Assembly (NCBI GenBank): GCA_951406725.2
Contig: OX597816.1
Span: 39,370,001 to 39,434,000, forward strand
From: Octopus vulgaris
Lineage: Eukaryota
DNA length: 64,000 nt
Direction of reading: 5' to 3'
The position numbers were made by a program, and so were the translations under genes. A model generated the notes under the pieces. It ran no database searches, was not told where the DNA came from, and saw nothing but the letters and a program-made list of their open reading frames with translations. Shown piece by piece: positions 1 through 13,000 of the stretch (positions within the stretch are counted from its first letter, which is position 1; each line of letters opens with the position of its first letter).

Positions 1-639
1 AATCCTTTTGTGATCATATTTCTAATGAAACCTGCTACTTAAGTGTTTCATTTCGTATTGGAAATAATTATGAATTAAGGATTGCGTAAAATAGTAACCA
101 TATCTGTTCTTAGTAAGCTAGTGTTTGGAGCATAATTTAAAAGGTTTTAAAGAAAATTATGATAGAAGGTGGTAATTTAGATACAAACACTTCAAAACCG
201 ATGGTTTTTGTGTCACAAATCCGGGGTTCTCAAGCAGATTAAACTGTCACTTGGGTCTAATCAAGTTACTGACTCTTGAGTGCCAGAGTCCATTCTGTTG
301 GTTCATGTCTCTGGTCTTAGGTTAGCTCAATATCTTGATGTGCTTCTTCCTGCTGCATTAACCTATTAGTTGTGTTTTCTTCCTTTTACTGCACTTTTAG
401 CCTCTAAGATCCTGCAAATAAAGGTTACGGGTTATTTTCTTCCTCTGACTAAGCTTAGATAAAAAAAGTTCTATTTCTAAATGACAAATATAAATCCTTT
501 ATATGCAATAGAAGCAGTATTAAATTGAAATAACCTACTGTGTATCATACTCAATGAAAATACATCACTGAAAGGCAAATTTACTGTGGTATTTGACTAG
601 AGATAAAATCTTATAGATGTACTGTATTTAAAAACAATA

Positions 640-975
640 TCATCATCATCGTTTAACATCTGATTTCTATGCTGGCATGGGTTGGATGGTTTGACTGAGG
701 ACTGGCAAGGTTTCTACAGCTGGATGCCCTTCCTACCACCAACTACTCTGAGACTGTAGTGGGGGGCATTTTACGTGCCACTGTCCATGCTCGAATGGTG
801 CTTTTTACATGCCACTGGCATGAGTGCCAGTCAGGTGGCACTGGCATCAGCCATGACAATGATTTCACTTGACTCAACAGGTCTTCTTAAGCACAGCATA
901 TTACCCAACAGTTGAAAGATACTTTTAAATGGGCTGGTTATGTGACACTGGCATTGGCTACGGCTATGATCTCAT
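640..975 (-). mobile_element. Degenerate RTE LINE 3' UTR fragment
   Basis: (cat)n-cgtttaac...gcatgggttggatgg...tacagctggatgcccttcc, as in the tail of the RTE copy at 12183-13675. Confidence 0.7.
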
Positions 976-2269
976 TGTTCCAGCAGTAGCTAGCAAGAAT
1001 GCCAGATGCATTTCAGCCACATTGGACCTTGTTAGTGGCATATACATACTAACATCTAGCCACATTCCTAGATGAAATTTGTCACCTCCATAGGAAAAAA
1101 ATGAATTAAATCTAGCCAACATACCTTTAGGATAACCATATTTAACTGAACTCAATCCTATATATTTGGCTTCTTTGATTTTTAGGAGTTTCCCATTCTA
1201 GTTTTTATCCAATTCTGATAACTGGCAAATTTTGTCGGAATTATTATAAATAGGCTGACCACACAAAGGGTGGGGTCAATTACCATAATATAATAAGGTA
1301 TTACAGCAGAAATTTATAAATCAGTCAGTAAATCTAGGCTGTATTTAATTGTGCATGCATTGGTAGCTTAGTAGATAACACAAGCCATTTGGCAGATTTG
1401 TTGGCGTGGTGGATAAAATACTTTATAATAATCAGTCCGGCTGTCTACACATGATGTTCAATTCTCATTGAGGTCAACTTTGCCTTTCATCTTTTTAGAG
1501 TTGATGAATATTCCTTGTTTGTTTCTTTTTCTGGAAAAATTGACTCTGGTTCAGAGCTGGAACTGTATGGGCTCTGTCTAAAAATGTTGCAAGACAGCAG
1601 TGCTCCTTTGGCTCCTTCAAGAAGCTGAAGGCTCAAGCAAGCCTGGTAGATTAAGGTGTTAATAAACTCTATTTAGAAATATAATTAGAGATCAAATCTA
1701 GCTTGGAACAAATAGGACAACTAATAATGCCCAGAAATAAAAATGATGTGTAAAGGGAAACCAAATATGGATTTGATAATGAGGAAAACTTTGTGATAGC
1801 GCTTCTCAATACATATATAATATAATGTGTGTGTGTTTGTGTGTGTGTCACTGTCATGCATGTGGTGCTCTTTGTTTCCAATTTTCTATATAAACATTTC
1901 TGCTTTGGTGAATTACTCATAGAAGCAGGGCTGGCAACAAGAAGGGCATCCAGGCACAGAAAAATTCACCTCAGTAAATTCCATCCGACAAATGTGAGTA
2001 TAGCAAGGTGGATGCTAAAGGGATAATGATGATATATTATATATTTTATAGTATTGATTCCTTTTATGAGGTACTTCATAAATCTCCCATCTTTTACTTT
2101 GTGTTAATTGATTTACTGTATACTGTATATAGTCCCCTCATCATGTTCCATGGGTTACATATTGAAGCTTCCCCTTATTCATCCTACTGTGGAATCATTT
2201 TGAAATTTTAGTTTGAAGTGATCACACTATATCAAACAAGAATATGATCACTGCTCAACTATTTAATCA

Positions 2270-2440
2270 TCGTCGTAGTCTAATCAAGCTGTTCCAACTG
2301 TGACCATCCCATCTTTTTAATAGAATCTCGGACAACATTGTCGGGTATGTACTATTATTTAAAATGGTAGGCTGTGATTTGAGGGAGTAGAGACTTAGAG
2401 GAGATATGGCTGCTATTTCTGTTAGAGATCTATTGGTTCA
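2270..2440 (+). repeat. Unclassified old interspersed repeat (related copies near 2840-3010, 26290-26500, 35280-35495, 39990-40190, 40370-40520)
   Basis: Recurrent motifs tgtgaccatccc and gagggagatttggctgctatttcta in both orientations. Confidence 0.55.
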
Positions 2441-3545
2441 TCATCATAAATTTAAATGCAGGCAGTGACTTAGTAAGTAGAGTGTCAGTTTTGATCATGT
2501 AATTAATAAGTCAGTTCAAAGCTTGTACTTTCATCATCTGTCAAAGTCAGTTTCTCTCTTCTTTCAGATCAGTTAAGTCATATATAGTTGTAGTGTACTG
2601 AGTTATGAAGCTGAAAGCTAAATTTTAGAGCAGTATTCATGACTCTTTTATGGGACTTCCAAGAAAGGTAAAAGGTAGGAAGGAAGGTATCTTCAACCTA
2701 GAGACCTGGCACAATTGCTCTCAACAGAGTGGACTCTGCTAAGGTCACCCAAGATGCAAGATAGTAGTAATGTTATATTGAGTGATGTAAAGTTAACTGT
2801 GCTATTGCCACTCCATTAATTAATAAAACTACATGAAGGGTGCATCTTTGTGATCACATGACTTGCTAGAAATAATAACCAAATTCCCTCAAGTCATACC
2901 ATATTTTGAAATGTAGTCCTAAAATATATAAGAAAAATGAACTGGCAATAGCAGGAATATTTTTGACTATAAGTCTGTTCAACCACTTTTGACCTGTGGT
3001 TAAACAATAACTAAGATTACCTAAGCGAAATGGCAGACTTAATGAAGTGATGGAAAGAATGTGTTAAGGTAATTTGTTCCAACTCTCTGTGTTTTGAGTT
3101 CAAATTCTACAAAGGTCAACTTTGTCTTTCATTCTTTAAGTGTCGATAAACAGAGTATCATCCCAGGTTGGTGTATTGCCAGAAGTGTTGAACCTCTGAT
3201 GAAGTGCCATGTGGTATCTCTTCTGGCTCTGTGCATTCTGAGTTTAAATCTCATCCAATCACTGAAAAATGACGAGACTTCTTTCAGGAGTTCCAATCAA
3301 CATAATATAAATGATATGAAAAACTAATAGAATCATAGTTTCCTTGGTTTAATCAGAAGTTTGACTGCCACCAAGATTATATATTTATGGATTCCTTATA
3401 TTTTCTTTAAAGTTTTCATTTTTAAGTAAAAGATCTTACCTATATAAGTTTGCTTTCATGCATTTCAATCTCCAGTTTCATATAATTGCAATATATTTAA
3501 CACTTTTCTCATTTTACTTCTACTGAAACATTGTTTATTTTTCAA

Positions 3546-3772
3546 TTAACCCTTTAGTATTTAAACCGGCCATATCCGGCCAAAATATTTAATCTGTTTT
3601 ATGTTCAAACTGACCAGATCCAGGCCCTCACACCTACCCTACAATGTTATTCTACATTAAGTAATTACACCATCAAGATCTTGGAGATATGAGACAATGC
3701 ATGATTAATTCAAATCAATGGGAATCAATAGGCATTATGTTTGATAGAATAATCTGAACACTAAAGGGTTAA
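3546..3772. mobile_element. piggyBac-type MITE, family 1
   Basis: TTAA-CCCTTTAG...CTAAAGGG-TTAA: TTAA target-site duplication and CCC/GGG termini; nested in a decayed family-2 MITE (about 3497-3972). Confidence 0.85.
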
Positions 3773-4273
3773 TTTTGGAAATAATGAAAAACACGAGAGA
3801 TATAGTGAGGTGGTTTTTCATTATTACCAAGCTAGTGTCTGAAACAGATAACATTATGATGGAAGGTTTTAATCTAAAAAGGAATATTCTAAAATAGGTG
3901 ATTTTTTTTTTTTTGTATCATAAAACCAGTGAGAGTCTGTTCTCAGGTAGCAGGGTGTAGTGTCAAGGATTAAGCTCTTAAAAAATAGTTATATTTCAGG
4001 ATGGTCATTTAAAAAATTTTTATTTTTTGCCAAATAAATACACACACTATATATTTGTTCTTCACTTGTTTATTAATATTCTTATTTTATCTTATGCCCA
4101 TTATCTGGAAATCTTGTCACATATCTGAGACCTCTTCAGCAACTCTTTCCATCCATGTGTATCCTCCTGCTCTGCTTAGTCCATTTAAAAAAAACACCTT
4201 TTCTATCTAAAATGGTTTTGGACTGCTTGATAACAAAACCTAATTTTCAAAGTGTTCATGTAGAAATTAAAAC

Positions 4274-4501
4274 TTAACCCTTTTGTTACCATATTTCTGT
4301 TGAAATAAACTGCCTTTGTTTCAATTCAATTTTAAAATAATGAAGAATTTAGTAAAATAATTTTTTAATTATTAAGCTGGGGTCTGGAACAATTTAGCAT
4401 AAAATTTTGATGGAAAATTATAATTTTAGATCACTTAAAGAAGTAAGTTAATGTCATAGAATCAGGGTTGGTCTCAGGTGGGTTGGTATCAAAAGGGTTA
4501 A
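4274..4501. mobile_element. piggyBac-type MITE, family 2
   Basis: TTAA-CCCTTTTGTTACC...GGTATCAAAAGGG-TTAA. Confidence 0.85.
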
Positions 4502-4797
4502 TAATAATTTTATTGAAATCTGTTTTTTGTTATATTCCAAGCATTAACTTCATCATGAGTATTATTGTTTTTATGTTCATTTTTTTTCTATGCTGGCATA
4601 GATTTGATGAGATTTATTGAGGTAGTACTCCATGGACAGATATTCTTCTTGTGGACAACTGTTTTTCTTCATGTGAAGCAGTGGCAGCAAAACTGTCACT
4701 GGACATTACTTGCAAGAGTCATTGTTTTTGCTCATATAGTCACAGTGTGAGGACATGTATAAAGACACATGTATACACACACACACATATGTGAGCA

Positions 4798-4831
<34 letters not shown>

Positions 4832-4835
<4 letters not shown>

Positions 4836-5225
4836 GCTGTGTGGTAAGTAGCTTGCTAACCAACCACATGGTTCCGGGTTCAGTCCCACTGCGTGACATC
4901 TTGGGCAAGTGTCTTCTGCTATAGCCCCGGGCCGACCAATGCCTTGTGAGTGGATTTGGTAGGCGGAAACTGAAAGAGGTCCGTCGTATATATGTATATA
5001 TATATATATGCGTGTTTGTGTGTCTGTGTTTGTCCCCCTAGCATTGCTTGACAACCGATGCTGGTGCGTTTATGTCCCCGTTACTTAGCGGTTCGGCAAA
5101 AGAGACCGATAGAATAAGTACTGGACTCACAAAAGAATAAGTCCCGGGGTCGAGTTGCTCGATTAAAGGCGGTGCTCCAGCATGGCCGCAGTCAAATGAC
5201 TGAAACAAGTAAAAGAGTAAAGAGT
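4832..5225 (+). mobile_element. tRNA-derived SINE family A with internal (TA)n(TG)n
   Basis: A-box-like tggctgtgtgg, B-box-like ggttcagtccc, CORE-like cttgggcaagtg, tail gactgaaacaagtaaaagag; many near-identical copies in window. Confidence 0.85.
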
Positions 5226-5399
5226 ATATATATATATATATATCTCAACCAGGTACCCTTCCTGTGTTCAGGGGCTGGTTTGCTAAGACTCCAGTTCTGG
5301 TTGTGTTGTGTGTTCAGGGACTGGTTCTAAGACTCCAGTTCTGGTTGTGTTGTGCTGCATACATACAATCAACCAGGCCCTTGCTTCTAGTCTATTTTT

Positions 5400-6055
5400 T
5401 GACGTTGTCAGTCCATAAATGTCTTAGACAGCCTCTTGCTCTCTTCCTCTCAACACTTCCTGTCAGGATGGCCTTGGACACACCCGAGGAGTAACACTCG
5501 GTTTATCCAAAATATAATAGCTTTGTGGACTTGATTGCAACAATAGGTATCTGGATTTTAACTTTTCTAGTACTGTAGTATTTGCTATCTTTGTCTTTCC
5601 AGCTTATCCTGCCCAGTTTATGAAAGATTGATGAGTTTACTAGCCTCAATTATAGATGCAATGTTATGTCTTTTGAAGTGAAGATTTTTTTTTTCATTCT
5701 TATAACTTTAGTTTTAACCTTATTTATTCTTTAAGTAACTTCTTCACAGTACTCTTCTTGATTTATTATTTGTCCTAAATACTTGAAGCTTTTTACTTGC
5801 TCAAGCTTCTGTCAATATACTATATATTCACTTCCTTTTGTTCTGTGTTACTAATAACCATTTTAAAAAATTAGTCATGTTTAGACCTTTCTTGTCACTT
5901 TGCTATTTCATAACATCAACAATTCGTGTTATTTCTCATTGCTGTCTGCCAATACAGCTGGTCTCATCAGCATATCTTATATTGTTTATGCTCATGCCAT
6001 TAACTGTGATTCCTTTGATCTCATTTGATTCTTTGAATATATACTCAGTATATAT
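5400..6055 (-). mobile_element. Decayed RTE-type LINE reverse transcriptase fragment
   Basis: Minus-strand translation near 5960-6015 gives GITVNGMSINNIRYADE (YADD-like RT motif); multiple disruptions. Confidence 0.6.
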
Positions 6056-6056
6056 A

Positions 6057-6296
6057 TTAACCCTTTAGAATTCAAACTACTTTATCAAATTTAATGCATA
6101 TTTAATCATACATACAATAGGCGCAGGAGTGGCTGTGTGGTAAGTAGCTTGCTAATCAACCACATGGTTCCAGGTTCAGTCCCACTGCGTGTCATCTTGG
6201 GCAAGTGTCTTCTGCTATAGCCCCGGGCCGACCAATGCCTTGTGAGTGGATTTGGTAGACGGAAACTGAAAGAAGCCTGCCGTATATATGTATATG

Positions 6297-6343
<47 letters not shown>

Positions 6344-6729
6344 TTGTGTGTCTGTGTTTGTCCCCCTAGCATTGCTTGACAACCGATGCTGGAGTGTTTA
6401 CGTCCCCGTTACTTAGTGGTTCGGCAAAAGAGACCGATAGAATAAGTACTGGGCTTACAAAGAATAAGTCCCAGGGTCGATTTGCTCGACTAAAGGCGGT
6501 GCTCCAGCATGGCCGCAGTCAAATGACTGAAACAAGTAAAAGAGTAAAGAGAGTAGAGTACACTGCTTTTAATCAATCATACATTTTCCTGTAACTCTGA
6601 GATTTGATGATGTAATTGCATATTTTCAGGAGGACATTGTGAGATAGGTGTCTGGATCTGACTGGTTTGAACACAAAACTGGTAGAATATTTGGGCTGCA
6701 TATGGCTAGTTTAAATGCTAAAGGGTTAA
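6057..6729. mobile_element. piggyBac-type MITE family 1 interrupted by a SINE A
   Basis: ttaaccctttag at about 6057 and ctaaagggttaa at about 6729 flank the SINE at 6119-6556. Confidence 0.7.
6119..6556 (+). mobile_element. tRNA-derived SINE family A (full length)
   Basis: ggcgcaggagtggctgtgtggtaag...(TA)n(TG)n...gaaacaagtaaaagagtaaagagag. Confidence 0.88.
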
Positions 6730-9143
6730 ATATCCATGGAATTTGTTGAAGCAGATTTTCTACAACTTGATGCTCTCACTGTCACCAACCCTCACCCATT
6801 TCCCATCAAAGTTATTTCTCATGTCCAGACATTTTTCACAGAAGACTGGAACAAATAATATATTCATTTACAATCATCACATGATGTCAAGAGAATGATA
6901 CACAAACACCCACACCCATATATGATGGGCTTTTTTCAGTTTCTGTCTACCATATCCATTCAAAGACTTTGACCTGGGCTATAGTGGGAAACACTTGCCC
7001 GGTGTGCTGTGCATTGAAAATGTACATATATGTTTGTGATGTATGTATATGTATATATATATCCAAAAAAATATATGTATATCTGTATATGTGTGTATAC
7101 CCCCTCCCACGCACATATACACTAACATGTATATAAGCTTAACAAAACCAGTAGTTTGCTCCTGGATTATCAAGTTTTTAGATATTATGAACTGATGTGA
7201 AACTGCTTAAATTTGTTCCCATTAATTTCCTCTTTACTGAAACCTACCTAACAACTGAACCTACCCAGTAATCACTAAGTGTTAACTCATTCACTGTTGC
7301 TTTTGTGCATAATACTTTAATCTTTACAGCTTTAGAAAGAGATTCTTCTCTCTTAACAATTTTTTATACTGGAAACAAAGAGGCAGGGTAGCTTATTACT
7401 AGTATGGCCAGTTGTTCACAATTTAAAATCATTGTTTAGCGAGAGCTATTTCAAATTGTGTTGTTATATACTTAATTCAGTCAACTGATTTTCATACTCA
7501 CATTACATGAAGGAGACGCAGTGGCTGAGTGGATAAAAATTAATTTTTCAAATTGAGATTTGTGTAATAATTTTTTTTTTATTGTGTTAAGGGTGTCAGC
7601 ATGTGCGAAGCACTAAATACCTCCATTGTGTTTCTATTGAAGTAGAGCAACTAATAAAATGGAAAATGACTGTGTGATACACACAGAGGATGTACAGTGT
7701 GTATCTCTCTTACTTTTAAAATAGTTTTGCCATGTCTCTTCCCTGTGTGTTATAAGAGGTCACTGCCCTTTAAAAACCTATCCAATCTATGCGAGCATGA
7801 AAGAGCAGATGGAAAAATGACAATTATGAATACAGACATAGTAGCTGGTGTTAACTGGAAAGCCTGCTTGTAGTACCTATCAATACCAAATCCTCTAATA
7901 CAAGAATAAATTCTATGGTTAAATGTTTGGCTTTCACATGTAAAGCATCAAAAATAGATTTAACAATTCATGGTAGTATAGTATGCTTAAGGGATTCTAT
8001 TTGTGGTTAGTTGATCTGCTGGAAATAGCTATCAAAATTTCCTCAAATTAAACCATTCACATTTTTTTTAAAAAAAAAGGGCCCACTTTATATCAGACAT
8101 TTGCAACCTTTCTCCAGAAGCAGACCACATAAGACATAGCTTGTTATCAGGTGCACTACTCTATTAAAATATTTGAGGTCATTTTTCATTAGGTGCACCA
8201 TTTAGAAAGTCCTGTATTCTGCAGTTTACTCATGACTGCTTTATTTGTTATGTCAGGAATACCATTGTTTATATATTTATGCTTGATCAGGACCGATCTT
8301 GGGCTAAACAACTCGATATCAGTTCAGTTACTATTATCTTCAGTTTCTTTTGCTCCCTTAACAATATACTGTTTGTAAATTTATTATCATAGTGATATTA
8401 TTGATACTATTTGTGTAAAAACTGTACTGAATTTATATTTTATATTTTATAGTGACTATTGGTGAAATCCATAATCAAGAGGACTTGGTGTCACAAAGGT
8501 CAGTATGAATAGAATATTATTAATTTTAAGCTCTGCTATAAGTTTTAACATTATCATGTTCAAATGGGGAGAAGTGTTTTTTTTCTGTGGCTGTGGGGCG
8601 GGAGGGGGGGGAGATAAGATATGAACGATTTTATACCAAAGTATTGGTTTGGTTTTCGCATTATTGAACAAGAAACTACATCCTGTTATTGGAGTTCTTG
8701 TAAAAAACCATGATGTAATGTATGGAAAAATGGTATGAAAAGAAGAAATTGTTTGGTTCAGTTTTAAGAAGTTAGTAGTTAATGAAACATCTCCTCTTTG
8801 TTGTTGATGTGTAATTAAAAGGGATCAAGAATGTAGGAAGAATATTTTTTATTACTAGAAGACTGCCATCAGGCAGGCTTGAACTTTGTCCCAGTTCAAA
8901 TACTTTGTTACCAGTGTGTGTGTGTGTGTGCATGTTACTGTTACCTTATATTGACATGATTGTTGTGTCACTGTCATACAATTGGTGTCCTTGTTTCCAG
9001 TCTTCTATGAAAACATTTCTGGTCATGGAGAATATGGATGCTAAAATGATGATGATGAAATGCAATGATATATACATACATACATATATATGTATATATG
9101 TGCAATACACACGTACACAGAAATGTGTGTATGCGTGTGTGTG

Positions 9144-9177
<34 letters not shown>

Positions 9178-9294
9178 CTAGCTGAGAGAGACCTGATGTT
9201 TAGAATCTTAGCACATTGGAATGTTGGTGCTTATTAATTAATTTTGAGCAGTTTGATTAATTTCTAATGGGTTTGATTAATTAAAACAGGCAAA

Positions 9295-9502
9295 CCCCCC
9301 TGGCATCTGTGCAGGTGGCACGTAAAAAGCACCCACTACACTCACGGAGTGGTTGGCGTTAGGAAGGGCATCCAGCTGTAGAAACACTGCCAGATCAGAC
9401 TGGAGCCTGGTGCAGCCTTCTGGCTTCCCAGACCCCGGTTGAACCGTCCAACCCGTGCTAGCGCGGAAAACGGACGTTAAACGATGATGATGATGATGAT
9501 GA
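9295..9502 (+). mobile_element. 5'-truncated RTE LINE 3' end with (GAT)n tail
   Basis: ggttggcgttaggaagggcatccagctgtag...ggacgttaaacgatgatgatg. Confidence 0.85.
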
Positions 9503-9924
9503 TATATATATGTATATATAACTAATATTAGTGAGGCTGTTTTGTGACTAAAAAGTGTTCTCTTAGTAGTGGATGCCTTGTATCTGAGGATTTTAACATG
9601 GAACAGATTGTTGCACACCAGCCATTGTATCAACAGAAATCATCAGAACTTAAGTCTGGATCTGATAGTGAAATGATTTGAGGTGGAACTAGTTTGATGC
9701 GATACTTCTTCCCAATTGGTTGATGTAATGTGAAGTTTTTGACTTGCAAAACAAATTGCCATCCATAGATTTGAGTATAAACTTAGATGAACTTAGTTGA
9801 TTTAGCTTATAAGTCAAGTAATCCTTTAATACCATAAGCATTCAGTGAGCTCAGTTTTTGTTATTTACATTAATATTTAGTCTACTTTTTTTAAAATTTT
9901 TATTTTCAGGATAAGCTTTTATCG

Positions 9925-9956
9925 ATGATTACCAAATGAAGAAAAGCAAGTCATAA
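9925..9956 (+). promoter_or_regulatory. Two overlapping upstream ORFs in the 5' UTR part of the ATG exon
   Basis: ATG ATT ACC AAA TGA (9925-9939, MITK*) and ATG AAG AAA AGC AAG TCA TAA (9936-9956, MKKSKS*), joined by an ATGA overlap and ending 19 nt before the main ATG. Confidence 0.6.
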
Positions 9957-9975
9957 TTGCTCTTTGGATACCATA

Positions 9976-10033
9976 ATGAGCTTTAGCAGTGACGAAGTTA
10001 ATTTCCTTGTATATAGGTACCTACAAGAATCAG
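9976..10033 (+). CDS. TBL1XR1: TBL1XR1/ebi coding exon 1 (LisH start); exon begins at 9910 with 5' UTR
   Basis: [19 protein letters not shown](G); acceptor ttttcag|9910, donor G|gtaagt; 58 coding nt, phase 1. Confidence 0.96.
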
Positions 10034-13000
10034 GTAAGTCTATAATTCACTTTAAAAAAAAAAGTCTAGCAAAATCTTATTGTGAAGCATACATGGTACA
10101 GGTATGGTTGTATGATTAAGAAATTCACTTCATAACCATATGCTTTTGTGTTCATTCCCTCTGTGTGTCACTTTGGGTCAGTTTTTTTTTTATAATTCTG
10201 GGCCAGCCAATACCCTGTGAATGAATTTGTTAGATGAAAGTGAATGATTTATTAAGCCTTCCTCTCCATTCAACAGACTATGTTGGTTTGTTTATGTCTT
10301 ATAACTTAACAGTTCAGCAATAAAAGACCTTGTCTGAATAAGTACCAGACTTGAAAAAATGGTTTGATTTGTTCTATAAAACACTTCAATGTGGTACTCT
10401 GGCATGACTGCAGTCCCATGTTTGAAACAAACAAAAGAGTATGAGGTGTTTAATTGGATGTCATGATTTATCAAAATGTTAATGTTCTTGTTCTTTGTTT
10501 CTTCCAAATGATTACAATATTTTAAGGCATTAGTCGCCCCCGCCATGTTGATGTGGTCCCAGTTTTATGCATATCATATGAAGTATTGAAGACATTTTTT
10601 TGTTATTTATAATACCAATAAAAATTCTGTTTGAACACACACACACACATGCACTCTCTCTCTCTTAATCATTTGGTTAGGAGCTCATAATCCTTTGCAA
10701 GGCTTCTGGGATTGGTAGCTAGGAGGGAAGAAGATATCCTCAGATTAGTGGGTGATACAAGGACCTAGTCTACCACTCAACCTCAACTAGGCCTTCACAG
10801 GATTTCAGCTTAGAATGTAAAGAGCCAGAAAAAGATACAATCCATCTTGTCTGGTACTGTTACATTTGTCATTTCACTGCTTCAGATTGGTCCATTTATT
10901 ATTTTTTTTATTAATCTCCAAAAGGTGGAAAGCACGATTGACCTTGGCAGGATTTGAATTTAAGGAGTAGTGAGTTAGAACATCTATTATAATTCATTCT
11001 AACTCACATTCAAATGATTACCAAATTGTTGTGTAAATAATGGTTATATATTGTTGGCAACAAAAATTCTGCCAACTTAATTTAGTTGGGATGATACATT
11101 AGGTTGGATATTTTCCTGCCTAAGTTTTCATAAAACTGCATGAATAATAATCTGTCTTGATTGGTGAGTTTTCGTTGGAAATTGAAGGGAAATTTAGTAA
11201 CTAACTGCTCCTTATGATGCTTTAAATTATTTTGTTTCACTTGATATTGAAAGATAGTTTGAAAAAAATAATGCTCCAAATTTTCAGAGGCCTCACATAA
11301 TTGAAATAAATTCTAGTCGTCTTGGTTATGAAACCAGAATCTAGACCTGCATAGCAGAGCTAGATGGTTAAGATGTCTTTGCAACTATAAGGTCCCAGGT
11401 TTGATCCTACTGACACAGTAGCAAATGGTCATTTTCCCTAGCCTCAGTATGGCCTGTACTTAGTGGGCAAATGTCATATTTCATAGCCTCATGTTTGACC
11501 CACACTTATTGGGGTTGGTGGAAACTGTATAGAAGCACATCAAGTGGATTGTACCTGTGTTTCAAAACGGTTCATCCTTGTTACACACCGTCCTGTTGAT
11601 TCTGCTTAAGAATTATATAAAGGCTACATGTGTCTGTGGAATGCCCACACATAAATTAAGGAGCAGGTAATTCAGTTGATTGAACAGCTGGATCCTTATT
11701 GTTGAATGATGGAGATCCACCAGCCATTTATTATCAGGTATGAACGTTATGAATTTAAATTTGGCTAGCTGCATTAGGTTTAGTTATAGAAATAAAGAGA
11801 GCATTTCAGCCTCACCAAAAGCTGTTTATATTTTATTGTTATTTTCATTTCATACAATGGTGATATACTGATGTACTAGCTCCTGACCTATACTTACACT
11901 TGTCATGCAGGTAAATTATGTTTCTCATGCACTGGATATATAGGAACAAAGTTTCAAGTGAAGATATTTTTTCCATATCCAGCTGTGTAAAAAACAATTG
12001 AGCTTTCTTTAGATCAAGTTTTTTCTTCTGAAAGTACATGTAAATTGTATTTTAATTATTCACATGACATAGTTTTGGCTCGTTTGTGACTATTGTTCAA
12101 ATGAATATCTGTCTTGTTCTACTAGCTTTTTTTTTCACACCAAGGCCTTTTTTCTTTCTATTTAGTAAGGATGCGGTGACACCATCATCATCATCATCAT
12201 CATCGTTTAACGTCCGCTTTCCATGCTAGCATGGGTTGGACGGTTCAACTGGGGTCTGGGAAGCCCGAAGGCTGCACCAGGCCAGTCAGATGTGGCAGTG
12301 TTTCTACAGCTGGATGCCCTTCCTAACGCCAACCACTCCGAGAGTGTAGTGGGTGATTTTATGTGCCACCGACACAGGTGCCAGACGAGGCTGGCAGACG
12401 GCCACGCTCGGATGGTGTTTTTTATGTGCCACCGACACAGGTGCCAGACGAGGCTGGCAGACGGCCACGCTCGGATGGTGTTTTTTATGTGCCACCGACA
12501 CAGGTGCCAGACGAGGCTGGCAGACAGCCACGCTCGGATGGTGTTTTTTATGTGCCACCGACACAGGTGCCAGACGAGGCTGGCAGACGGCCACGCTCGG
12601 ATGGTGTTTTTTATGTGCCACCGACACAGGTGCCAGACGAGGCTGGCAGACGGCCACGCTCGGATGGTGTTTTCTTATGTGTCACCGACACAGGTGCTAG
12701 ACGAGGCTGGCGGACGGCCATGCTCGGATGGTGTTTGTTACGTGCCCTCAGCACGGAGGCCAGTCATTGCGGTACTGGCTACGGTCACGTTCGGATGGTT
12801 TTCTTATGTGCCACCGGCACTGGTACCACAAGGATACAAATTCCATTGATGTTCATCTATTTTGATTTGGTTTGATTTGATTTGATACGATTCGATTCTC
12901 ACTTGCCTCAACAGGTCTTCACAAGTGTCACAAGAAGGAAGGTATGCACAGGTGGACTGACTACGTCCCAGGTAGGGGCCACGGATTATGGCTTCACTAG

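Noticed and set aside
1-9909. Main promoter or upstream non-coding exon (for example the acceptor-like tttctctcttctttcag near 2567)
   Set aside because: No convincing exon with paired splice sites and no CpG-retaining promoter; cannot be called without transcript data.
12223-12875. Repetitive 115-208-aa ORFs in several frames; CRISPR-like periodicity
   Set aside because: Produced by a 63-bp (21-codon) tandem unit in a LINE 3' UTR. Units are near-identical with no unique spacers, there are no cas genes, and the context is a eukaryotic intron.
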